From assembly GCA_963662315.1 (NCBI GenBank), contig OY759353.1:3072001-3136000 (forward strand): a stretch of 64,000 nucleotides of DNA, given 5' to 3'. A program made the translations under genes and the position numbers. Each line of letters starts with the position of its first letter. The stretch's first letter is position 1. Origin of the DNA: Geopsychrobacteraceae bacterium. Its GTDB lineage: Bacteria > Desulfobacterota > Desulfuromonadia > Desulfuromonadales > Geopsychrobacteraceae. Below the pieces are notes generated by a model that saw only the letters and a list, made by a program, of their open reading frames with translations, had not been told where the DNA came from and did not search any database. Below, piece after piece: positions 30,127-38,898 of this stretch.

Positions 30127-30154
30127 GATTAGGTGGGGATGAGGGGTTTGTGAG
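30127..30154 (-). promoter_or_regulatory. Three-unit Pho-box-like repeat upstream of the PHP-GT4 gene
   Basis: Minus strand CTCACA-AACCC-CTCATC-CCCAC-CTAATC at 11-bp spacing. Confidence 0.55.
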
Positions 30155-30205
30155 GATCTGATGTGAATTGTTGGATTATATCAGCATGAATTACAGGTCA
30201 AAGGC

Positions 30206-30247
30206 AAACCCAAGATCTCGGGGACGTACCTCCGAGGGCTTGGGTTT
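30206..30247 (-). terminator. Hairpin/probable terminator of the phoH-FRG unit
   Basis: AAACCCAAG..CTCGG/CCGAG..CTTGGGTTT inverted repeat. Confidence 0.55.
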
Positions 30248-30279
30248 AAGGCTCTTCACTAACTCACAATACGAAATCA

Positions 30280-31119
30280 TCAACCCGCCACCTTTAACGA
30301 CCTGACCGCCCCCTGCTCCCCTTTCGGACTATACTGTCGCTTCAACCACGAACTCAGCCCATCCAGGCCCGGAAACAGCACGCGCTCAGAAATATTGGCC
30401 TGATCAAGTTTATCGCGAATTTCCCATTTCAAAGGTGCCGGGATAATGATGCGTCGCCACAGGTGAGGTTGGTGAACCAGCCAGTCATCCAAGGCACGGT
30501 CCGCACGGGGCATGATGGAGAAAAGGGCGTACTGGTTGGTGATGCGGTCATCGATGGACGGGGGTTCGATGAACAGAGCAAAGTCGGTCTGTGAGCTGGC
30601 CGCCAGGTCATTCAGGCTGGTCAGGGCGTCGGACAGCATTTCAACCGTAAAAACATTGGCGCCCTCCTCGTCCAGCTTGTCACGCAGGTCGGTTGGCAGC
30701 AGTTGATGTGATTTCAGGTAATTGACCACCCAGATGGCACCGTCACAGTCGTAACGTTCAATATTGGCCGTGGCAAAATGCAGTGCGACATAGGGGGAAT
30801 AGGTCCAGTCGAGCAGGCGGGTCGGCAGACCGTAGTGTTGGGCCACGGCGAGCCAGTGCCAGACGGAGTCCTGTTCCACCAGGTTGCGGCGCGCATACTT
30901 TTTGAAATTGCGCAGCAGGTGGCGTTCCAGGGTCTGATACGGTCCGCCGAGTCGGATCAAGGTGGTTTGCAGGTTGTAGGCGGAGTTCGACAGACCGCGA
31001 TAGGCATAGCGGGAACGGAAGCGGCCGATATCATCGTTCCAGGAATCTTCGAATAATTCCTCCTGCAGGTGAGACCAGCTGGTAACGCGGATATCCTGAA
31101 CATCATCTGGCATCGTCAA
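30280..31119 (-). CDS. FRG-domain protein
   Basis: AYRG, AQHYGLPTRLLDWT.SP.VALHFA, RITNQ..F, LFPGLDG. Confidence 0.9.
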   Translation of the reverse strand: MTMPDDVQDIRVTSWSHLQEELFEDSWNDDIGRFRSRYAYRGLSNSAYNLQTTLIRLGGPYQTLERHLLRNFKKYARRNLVEQDSVWHWLAVAQHYGLPTRLLDWTYSPYVALHFATANIERYDCDGAIWVVNYLKSHQLLPTDLRDKLDEEGANVFTVEMLSDALTSLNDLAASSQTDFALFIEPPSIDDRITNQYALFSIMPRADRALDDWLVHQPHLWRRIIIPAPLKWEIRDKLDQANISERVLFPGLDGLSSWLKRQYSPKGEQGAVRSLKVAG

Positions 31120-32444
31120 AGTAACTCACAGGCGGCGTTGGCAAGGGGGGAACGTTCGCCCCGGTTTAACTGGATATGGCCGGCGAGGGGGTTGTCGCGG
31201 AAGCGCTCAACAACGTAGGTCAGACCGTTGCTCGAAGCATCGACGTAGGGATTGTCGATCTGTTCCGGATCCCCGGTCAGGATGATTTTCGTCCCTTCGC
31301 CGGCTCGGGTGATGATGGTCTTGACTTCATGGGGGGTGAGGTTCTGTGCTTCGTCAACAATCATATACTGGCGCGGAATGGAGCGGCCGCGGATGTAGGT
31401 CAGCGGTTCCACCGAGATAAGCCCCAGTTCCTTCAGTTCCTGATGGCGGCGTTGCCCTTTTCCTTTATGATTCCTGCCGTCGTTCAGCAGCAGATCCAGA
31501 TTGTCATTAATAGGTTGCATCCAGGGAGCGAGTTTTTCTTCGACATCACCGGGTAAAAAGCCAAGATCACGCCCCATGGGAAAGATCGGTCGGGAGACCA
31601 GCAGCCGTGAGTAAAGGTTGGCTTCGGTGACCATGTGCAGACCGGCAGCCAATGCCATCAGCGTCTTACCTGTACCAGCCTGGCCGATCAGGGTTACCAG
31701 GTGGATATCGGGATGACTGAGCAATTCAAAAGCAAATTTCTGCTCGAGATTACGTGCCGTAATGCCCCAGAAACCGTCACCCGGGGGTGTTTGAAGGGGC
31801 AGAATTCCTTTCTGGGCCGGGTCATAGCGACCAATGGCTTTTTGACTTTTATTATCAACGGCATTCAGGGTAACGCAAGTGTGAGGCGCCGGATATTGAT
31901 CAAGCCTGCACAGTTTCTGATGCAGGAAGAACAGGTCGATCTGCTCGCTGGTCAGGTCAAGATGCTGGCAACCGGTAAACAGGGTCGCGAAGGAAATTTT
32001 CCCGGTTTCGTAATCTTCGGCAGCGATGCCAACCGCATGAGCCTTGATGCGCAGATTGATATCCTTGGTGACCAGCACCGTTGCATATGGCGAGCGCTGT
32101 TTCTCCTGCAGGGCCAGAGCCAGAATCTGGTGATCCGCGCAGGGACTGCGGAGTTCATGAGGGAGTTGTTCGAGGCAGTTATCTCGCGTCACGACGACTC
32201 GCAAGCGGCCACCGTTATCGAGCGGGACACCGCCATTGGTCAGGACCCCTTTGCAGCGTAAACGATCCAGATCTCGTGAAACCTGCCTGGCGTTGCGGCC
32301 ATTTTCACTGGCGTCCTTTTTAAACCGGTCAAGTTCTTCAATAACGGGCAGGGGCAGAATAACTTCATTGTCGGCAAAGCTGAAGAGGGAATTGGCATCG
32401 TGAAGCAGAACATTGGTGTCAAGAAGGAATGATTTTTTGGTCAA
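31116..32444 (-). CDS. phoH: PIN-PhoH fusion ATPase (PhoH2/YlaK type)
   Basis: LDTNVLLHD PIN motif, GQAGTGKT, LGFLPG, YIRGRS, DEAQN, GDPEQID. Confidence 0.92.
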   Translation of the reverse strand: MTKKSFLLDTNVLLHDANSLFSFADNEVILPLPVIEELDRFKKDASENGRNARQVSRDLDRLRCKGVLTNGGVPLDNGGRLRVVVTRDNCLEQLPHELRSPCADHQILALALQEKQRSPYATVLVTKDINLRIKAHAVGIAAEDYETGKISFATLFTGCQHLDLTSEQIDLFFLHQKLCRLDQYPAPHTCVTLNAVDNKSQKAIGRYDPAQKGILPLQTPPGDGFWGITARNLEQKFAFELLSHPDIHLVTLIGQAGTGKTLMALAAGLHMVTEANLYSRLLVSRPIFPMGRDLGFLPGDVEEKLAPWMQPINDNLDLLLNDGRNHKGKGQRRHQELKELGLISVEPLTYIRGRSIPRQYMIVDEAQNLTPHEVKTIITRAGEGTKIILTGDPEQIDNPYVDASSNGLTYVVERFRDNPLAGHIQLNRGERSPLANAACELL

Positions 32445-32524
32445 CGTTGGCCTCCTGGATTAAATTTTGCGGCCATTGTGCGAACCAATTGTTAAGAAAA
32501 GATATGAGCTGTGTAAGATTCCGG

Positions 32525-32541
32525 CTAACAGATTACTGACA
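32525..32541 (+). promoter_or_regulatory. Pho-box-like repeat upstream of the four-gene operon
   Basis: CTAACA-GATTA-CTGACA. Confidence 0.65.
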
Positions 32542-32613
32542 TGGCGGACATCAAACCCAAATATATGACGAGCACAGTCACTCGGCAACAAGCAAAGGAG
32601 TGACACAGACGTC

Positions 32614-35064
32614 ATGTCTCGAAACATCACATCTCTCAGCGCTGCTGAGCTCAAGGTTCCGGCCGATCTGGAAAGCTGTTTTTCTGTGTTAGGCTTCAGC
32701 GCCGATCATGCCGATATGACTTCGTTACCATTTGGCTCCAATGACATTACTGCAGGTAGTGAAACCGAGCTCCAGGCTGTTGTTATCGGCAGCAGGGATC
32801 AGGTTGATTTGCCGCAGGAGATCGAACAGTCGCGTTTTTTCGCCAACCTGCAACGGCGTACCCGCAGCGGCGAAGCTCCTGAACATGCCCTGACGGCGCT
32901 TACGGAGTTTCTGGCCAGCAACAAACACAAGGTCTGGGAGAACAGTTGGGTGCGCTTTCCCCGCCGCTGTCTGTCGAAATATGCGGAAACTGTTTTTCAG
33001 ATAGACCTGCGGGCCGATAAACAGAATCCTCAGTCCGGTTTGCGCAGTGACGCTGAGCGTTTTCAGCTTGTGAGCGAAGGAGGGGAGCAGCTCCTGCGGG
33101 TGCCGGTCAGTTACCTGTTGAAACTGGCTCTGGCGGATCTGCTGGGCAACCAGTGGTTACCCAAGGAGTTGCACCTTATTGGTGAAGAGTTGCTGGAGCA
33201 TTTTTTAAGTGACAATACCTCACCAGAGACCTTTTCGTTTCATGTGGAACAGCTGAACCAGCAAGATGGTATGGGAGCCAGTCTGGCGCGGGAAACGGCC
33301 AAACGCTTTTTGTTTACCCAGCTGCTGGTGCACTATGCCAATATCAATTTCGGCTTGCTTGAACATGGGCAGCGGGCGCTGATCTATTTTGCGCCCCACC
33401 CACCGTTGCGCCAGAAAGCCCTTAATGACATGGTGCCCGATACGTTTTACCGGCAGCTGTTCATGAGCCCGTGCCTGTCTGGCTGGAACCAGGGGGAAGG
33501 CAAGCACAGTTATATGCAGCTGTGTCATCAGGTGTTAAGCCGCAGTCAGCTCAATGCGGTGGCCAAACTGCGTGAAGCGGGTATCATCACCAACAATCTG
33601 GTGGTGTTGCCGAATGTGTCCAATACCAGCCTGGCAAATAATGGTGTGCATATCAGTCTTGGCAGCCGGCGTTTGACCGAAGCCTGTAAACAGCTGGATG
33701 GCTACGGACCGGCTCAGGAAAAGTTTGTCGGGGATCTGGCCTGCAAAATCATGGAGCATTTTTTACCCCTGTTTGCGACAACCTACAGTGCCGCGCCCTA
33801 TCGTCTTGATTTTTCTGACTTTCATCCTGAAAAAGCGCTTGGCTTTCTTCCCCACCAACTCGATTTCACCCATTTGCGCATGCTCTGGCGGCGCTGGAAG
33901 AAAAAAGCCAGTCTGTCCTTTTTCGGGCATGCCCTGACCCCGTTTGGCCCACCCCGTTTTGACCGTTTACTTAGCCGCAGCTTTGCCATGCGTGGCGACC
34001 TGGTCCCCGATTTTCGGCTGCTCGATTACCCGGTCTGTTTTTTAAGTAGCGATCAGAGCCCGGCCTATAACGGTCGCTTGGGCAATCAGGATCAGCTCAA
34101 GGATGATCTGACCGATATGGGAGTATTTGATCGCCAGATGTCCCTCTATCAGTTTTTCAAGCTGCGTGAATTTGGCAGCATGGGCTTCAGCGGTTTTGAG
34201 GGGCGTCATTACAGCCTGTTTCCCGATTTTGAGCGGGATATGGGGGCGGCGACCAATCTGCAGGTACTGATCACCGCCCTGGCCTTCAGGTATATGGCCA
34301 GTGGCCAGGTGCGTCACCGCTTTATTCCTGATACTCCCTTTGTGGAAAGTGAACGGCGCCAGATATTTTTTGCCAAGGCTATCGGCATTCCGACCTTTTA
34401 TGTCCTGAAAAATACCCGGAACCGGTTTCTGCTCAAGGTTCTTAAATGTACCGGACGCATCAGGGCCAGCCGGCGCTATCCAGGTTATTTGCGCGTCTAC
34501 CACCACGATTACTGCAAAGGGTTGATTGCTCTGTTACGGCAGGATGCCGGTGACCTGATTGAACAGTTCGGCTTCACGGATCTGATTCATGATCTCTGGT
34601 TACGCCTGGATCAGCCCGCTGAATTTTCAGCTTCGGGGCGCTTGATCGCCGGTATTAGCGGCGCTGACAGAAAAAATCCCCTTAAACAGGATGCTCGGGA
34701 ATTCAATCAGGCTGCCGAAACCTATTATCGTGAAGACCTGCGTCAGCAGCATCTGCAGCAGGCCTTTGGCATTATCCAGAACGACCTGGCCCGGATCGAT
34801 AGCAATACCTCGGCTGACCATGGTTGTCGTGAGATGCTGCGCGACATCATGCAGGACAAAAGTGTTCAAACCTTTGCCAGAGCCGTAGAGGCCGATGTTT
34901 ATGCTGACCGGCTGGGGCGGCAACCCCTTAAACGGCTGCTGAACCTGCTGTTGCTGATTGAGTATCGTGACCGACGGTATCTTTCCGGAGGAAACTCTTT
35001 ATTACAGGAACGCTATGGAACTGACTCATCAATACATCGAGCGCACGAGCGGGCGTGTTTGTGA
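32614..35064 (+). CDS. 816-aa hypothetical protein with glutamate-cysteine-ligase (GCS2/YbdK)-like motifs
   Basis: Clear ORF with GGAG RBS; AGSETELQ, NNGVHISLG, FLPLFATTYSAAPY, GFEGRHY occur in the order of GCS2 GxExE / HVHVG / PHFIALSAASPY / VEVR. Function is inferred. Confidence 0.6.
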   Translation: MSRNITSLSAAELKVPADLESCFSVLGFSADHADMTSLPFGSNDITAGSETELQAVVIGSRDQVDLPQEIEQSRFFANLQRRTRSGEAPEHALTALTEFLASNKHKVWENSWVRFPRRCLSKYAETVFQIDLRADKQNPQSGLRSDAERFQLVSEGGEQLLRVPVSYLLKLALADLLGNQWLPKELHLIGEELLEHFLSDNTSPETFSFHVEQLNQQDGMGASLARETAKRFLFTQLLVHYANINFGLLEHGQRALIYFAPHPPLRQKALNDMVPDTFYRQLFMSPCLSGWNQGEGKHSYMQLCHQVLSRSQLNAVAKLREAGIITNNLVVLPNVSNTSLANNGVHISLGSRRLTEACKQLDGYGPAQEKFVGDLACKIMEHFLPLFATTYSAAPYRLDFSDFHPEKALGFLPHQLDFTHLRMLWRRWKKKASLSFFGHALTPFGPPRFDRLLSRSFAMRGDLVPDFRLLDYPVCFLSSDQSPAYNGRLGNQDQLKDDLTDMGVFDRQMSLYQFFKLREFGSMGFSGFEGRHYSLFPDFERDMGAATNLQVLITALAFRYMASGQVRHRFIPDTPFVESERRQIFFAKAIGIPTFYVLKNTRNRFLLKVLKCTGRIRASRRYPGYLRVYHHDYCKGLIALLRQDAGDLIEQFGFTDLIHDLWLRLDQPAEFSASGRLIAGISGADRKNPLKQDAREFNQAAETYYREDLRQQHLQQAFGIIQNDLARIDSNTSADHGCREMLRDIMQDKSVQTFARAVEADVYADRLGRQPLKRLLNLLLLIEYRDRRYLSGGNSLLQERYGTDSSIHRAHERACL

Positions 35065-36043
35065 CGAACCTCTTTTCGGAGACAGGATCGTTCGCTGGCT
35101 TTATCACCCCCTACGCGAAAATGCCCCCGGCCTGTTTCGCCTGTTTACCGGCCCGCGCACATCGCAAGTTTTGGGACTGCTTAATTACGATCTTGCTCTG
35201 GCGACGCGCATTTGCGGAAATAGCCGGTTTCTGCGTGAAGTTGGCGGGGATTTAGCTGAATGCCTTGACCCTCCCCATACACTGAACACGGCCCGTAAAG
35301 TGTTTGAACGGAAAATTCGCTACTGGAGTTGCCGTCCCATGCCGCTCGAAGACGCTGCCGTTGTTTCTCCGGCCGATGCTCGGGTGATCATCGGAACCCT
35401 TGCCCGGCAGCAGCAATTTGAAATCAAAGGGAAGTTTTTCAGTATTGATGAACTGCTGGGAATCCATAGTCCGTGGCTTGATGTTTTTCGGCACGGGGAT
35501 TTTGCGATTTTTCGCCTGACTCCGGATAAATATCATTACAACCACCTGCCGGTTTCCGGTGAAATAGTCGATATTTATGCCTTGGATGGTGCGTTTCATT
35601 CATGTAATCCACAAGCGATTGTCACTGAAGTGACTCCGCTGTCCAAAAATCGGCGCGTGGTAACGATTATTGATACCGATGCCCCCGGTGGCAGCCAGGT
35701 TGGGAAGGTGGCGATGCTGGAAATCGTTGCTCTGATGATCGGGGACATTGTTCAGGCCTACAGTTCCGAGCGCTATGCAGAGCCACAAGACTTGAAACCG
35801 GGGATGTTCGTGACCAAAGGGGCGCCGAAAAGTCTCTACCGCCCCGGCAGCAGTACCGATGTGGTGTTGTTTGAACCGCAACGTATCCGTTTTGCATCTG
35901 ACCTGGTGCAAAATCAGCAGCGCCGTGATGTTAACAGTCGTTTTTGTTCCGGCTTCATGCAGCCTTTGGTCGAAACAGATATTCAGGTCAGGTCTTTGCT
36001 GGCCTGGCCAAAATCATTTATCGCGGAGGAGCGCCATGCTTAA
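35015..36043 (+). CDS. Phosphatidylserine-decarboxylase-family pyruvoyl proenzyme (variant)
   Basis: FERKIR, VSPADAR, IKG, RLTPDKYHYNHLPVSG, KNRRVV, RPGSSTDVVLFE. Confidence 0.85.
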   Translation: MELTHQYIERTSGRVCDEPLFGDRIVRWLYHPLRENAPGLFRLFTGPRTSQVLGLLNYDLALATRICGNSRFLREVGGDLAECLDPPHTLNTARKVFERKIRYWSCRPMPLEDAAVVSPADARVIIGTLARQQQFEIKGKFFSIDELLGIHSPWLDVFRHGDFAIFRLTPDKYHYNHLPVSGEIVDIYALDGAFHSCNPQAIVTEVTPLSKNRRVVTIIDTDAPGGSQVGKVAMLEIVALMIGDIVQAYSSERYAEPQDLKPGMFVTKGAPKSLYRPGSSTDVVLFEPQRIRFASDLVQNQQRRDVNSRFCSGFMQPLVETDIQVRSLLAWPKSFIAEERHA

Positions 36044-37082
36044 TGAGCTGTTTGTCGGAATCCTTTTCTTGCTGTTTGGTGCCATGCTGATCTGGGGGTT
36101 TAGGGTTTTGCCTCGAGATGGCTGGCAGATGCTGGCGACTGTGCCGCTTAAACCCCTTGGTAATGGCCAGTGGCAGGGAGTTAACCTGACCTGGTACGGG
36201 CTGTTGACGGCCAATGCCTATCTGGTTGCCTTGTCCTTGCTGCTGATCCTGCTTGGGGCGGCACGGGTTCCTTTAAGTGGTGTCATGCTGGTTGCGGTAC
36301 TGCTACTGGGGGTTTGTGTGCCCGCGTCACGTCTGGTGGCCAGAATCGTTGAAGGTAAAGCGCACACCTTTACCGTTGGCGGTGCGGTCTTTGTTGGTAT
36401 CCTGGTTGCTCCCTGGATTGTTGTCCTGGTCTCCTGGATCACCAAACAGTATTTAGCGGTAGCCACGGTGCTGGCGGCCATCGCCATTGCTTACTCCTTT
36501 GGTGAAGGCTTGGGTCGCTTGGGGTGCATCAGTTTCGGCTGTTGTTATGGCAAGCCGGTCAAGGAGTGCAGCAGCCGTTATCAGCAGTTATTGCGGCGCT
36601 GGCATTTTGCTTTTCACGGCGAAACCAGAAAAATTGCCTATGCCAGTGGCCTGGAAGGTGAGCCGGTGGTGCCGGTACAGGCGATGACCGCTATCCTCTA
36701 TGTCGGCTGTGGTTTGGTGGCGATGGAACTGTTTTTATCCGGCTATAGCGCGACCGCTTTCGTGCTGGTCTTGCTCGTGACGCAATTGTGGCGGGTCTTT
36801 TCAGAGTTTATACGCGCTGATTTTCGTGGTGAACGCAGGTTTTCCATCTATCAGTGGATGGGCATCATTGCCATTCCTTACGCATTGGCCGTCAGCTATT
36901 ACTTCTACACCACCGAGACTGTAACTGAGATTCCCGACTTGGCTGTCGGGTTGAGCGAAATTTGGCAGCCAGGCGCTTTGTTGTTCCTGCAGTTGATCTG
37001 GATCCTGCTGTTTATCTATACTGGTCGGAGCAGCGTGACGGGAGCGAATCTGAGTTTCCACGTCCACCGGGATAGAATTTAA
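36036..37082 (+). CDS. Lgt-family (prolipoprotein diacylglyceryl transferase-like) membrane protein (variant)
   Basis: TWYG, GRLGCISFGCCYG, PVQ, WRVFSEFIRAD; GGAGG RBS; multiple TMs. Confidence 0.8.
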   Translation: MLNELFVGILFLLFGAMLIWGFRVLPRDGWQMLATVPLKPLGNGQWQGVNLTWYGLLTANAYLVALSLLLILLGAARVPLSGVMLVAVLLLGVCVPASRLVARIVEGKAHTFTVGGAVFVGILVAPWIVVLVSWITKQYLAVATVLAAIAIAYSFGEGLGRLGCISFGCCYGKPVKECSSRYQQLLRRWHFAFHGETRKIAYASGLEGEPVVPVQAMTAILYVGCGLVAMELFLSGYSATAFVLVLLVTQLWRVFSEFIRADFRGERRFSIYQWMGIIAIPYALAVSYYFYTTETVTEIPDLAVGLSEIWQPGALLFLQLIWILLFIYTGRSSVTGANLSFHVHRDRI

Positions 37083-37113
37083 AAGATAATTGCAGGCAGG
37101 CCATCAGAAAATA

Positions 37114-37593
37114 ATGAAGTGGTTTAAAAAGCGAATAAATGCGCTCTCGACTTTGATAAAAGACCTGTTGTCCCAAGGGCTGACGAGACAGCAGGTCAGC
37201 CTGGCGCTGGTGGTCGGGATCAGTGTTGGTTGTATGCCGCTGCTAGGAGGGACCAGTCTCCTGTGCATGCTGATTGCTTATCTTCTGCGCCTTAACCAGG
37301 TATTGGTACAGCTGGCCAATTACCTGGTTTATCCGTTGCAAATTCTCCTGTTCATCCCGTTTTTAAAGGCGGGAGGGTGGCTGTTTGTATCATCCTCCGC
37401 TGCCGATCTTCAGGTGTCTTCAGCTATATCTCTGCTCAAGTCAGTACCCGGCGCGTTTTTTCAGCAGTTCTGGGTGCTCAATCTGCAGGCCCTGGTCGTC
37501 TGGCTGCTGACCCTGCCTTTGGTGGCCTGTGCCCTCTACCTTGGTATTTCTTACCGTATCAACAAACAGCATTCATCAACAGCTGGTCAATAG
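37114..37593 (+). CDS. DUF2062-like membrane protein
   Basis: LSQGLT..QVSLALVVG..VG.MP..G, LRLNQ..VQLANYLVYPLQ. Confidence 0.7.
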   Translation: MKWFKKRINALSTLIKDLLSQGLTRQQVSLALVVGISVGCMPLLGGTSLLCMLIAYLLRLNQVLVQLANYLVYPLQILLFIPFLKAGGWLFVSSSAADLQVSSAISLLKSVPGAFFQQFWVLNLQALVVWLLTLPLVACALYLGISYRINKQHSSTAGQ

Positions 37594-37890
37594 TCCCGAT
37601 CCATAGCTGTCTGGACTAGCCCTTTGTCCGGAGCTTCATCGCCCTTCATAAACCATGGTAAAAAACCGGCTAATATTTCTGCAGCAAAATTAAATCCCTA
37701 CCAAAATAATGTATAATCGAAAAATAAACTTGACTAATTTAATACTAAATACTATTTTTTAAAAATGTTACACGAAAAGTCACAATTGGATTCGTCATAT
37801 TAAACAATCGGATCATTGCCACCGGGAGATCTTGAATGGCAATGGACAAGTCTTCAGATTGGAAACCAGATAACCTATAGAGGTGATGGC

Positions 37891-38850
37891 ATGAGTCAGA
37901 TTTATCAGGATAATTCGTTGTCGATCGGTAATACTCCGCTGGTGCGTTTAAATCGTCTTGTTCCGGAAGGAGGAGCGACAGTGCTGGCCAAAGTTGAAGG
38001 GCGCAACCCTGCTTACAGTGTTAAATGCCGGATTGGAGCCAATATGATCTGGGATGCTGAAAAGAAAGGGCTACTAGGTCCCGGCAAAGAGCTGATTGAG
38101 CCGACCAGTGGCAATACCGGTATCGCTCTGGCTTTTGCGGCAGCGGCACGCGGTATTCCAATTACTCTGACCATGCCGGAAACCATGAGTATTGAACGGC
38201 GAAAAGTGCTGCAGGTGTTTGGTGCCAAGCTGGAACTTACTCCGGGGAACAAAGGCATGGGGGGCGCTATTGCTCGCGCCGAAGAGATTGCCAAGTCGGA
38301 CCCGGATCGCTATGTGCTACTGCATCAGTTTAACAACCCGGCTAACCCTGAAATTCACCAGAAAACCACCGGACCGGAGATCTGGGACGCGACAGAAGGC
38401 AAGGTTGATGTGCTGATTTCGGGGGTTGGAACCGGCGGGACCATTACCGGCATTTCCCGTTATTTTGAAAGCGACCGGGGCCAGAGCCTTCATTCCGTTG
38501 CCGTGGAACCAGCGGAAAGTCCGGTCATTACCCAGCATCTTAAGGGAGAATCACTGACCCCTGGACCGCACAAGATTCAGGGTATCGGTGCCGGTTTTAT
38601 TCCGGCGACTCTCGATGTGAGCCTGATTGACCAAGTGGAACAGGTGACCAGTGACGAAGCGCTAACCATGGCCCGGCGTCTGGCTTTGGAAGAAGGTATC
38701 CTGGCCGGTATCAGCTGCGGCGCGGCGGTCGTTGCTGCTGTTCGCCTGGCTGCTCAAGAACAGTTCAAGGGCAAAACCATTGTGGTTGTGCTCCCCGATT
38801 CTGGTGAACGCTATCTGACCTCACCGTTGTTTGCCGATATTACCGCCTGA
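37891..38850 (+). CDS. cysK: Cysteine synthase A
   Basis: [49 protein letters not shown]. Confidence 0.95.
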   Translation: MSQIYQDNSLSIGNTPLVRLNRLVPEGGATVLAKVEGRNPAYSVKCRIGANMIWDAEKKGLLGPGKELIEPTSGNTGIALAFAAAARGIPITLTMPETMSIERRKVLQVFGAKLELTPGNKGMGGAIARAEEIAKSDPDRYVLLHQFNNPANPEIHQKTTGPEIWDATEGKVDVLISGVGTGGTITGISRYFESDRGQSLHSVAVEPAESPVITQHLKGESLTPGPHKIQGIGAGFIPATLDVSLIDQVEQVTSDEALTMARRLALEEGILAGISCGAAVVAAVRLAAQEQFKGKTIVVVLPDSGERYLTSPLFADITA

Positions 38851-38898
38851 AAAGAGTGAACGATGTTGCGCTTGGCAGTTGGGCGATAGATAACCCCA

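Noticed and set aside
32488..32520. Minus-strand Pho-like hexamers upstream of phoH
   Set aside because: Spacings of 9 and 13 bp do not fit the 11-bp period, so not called
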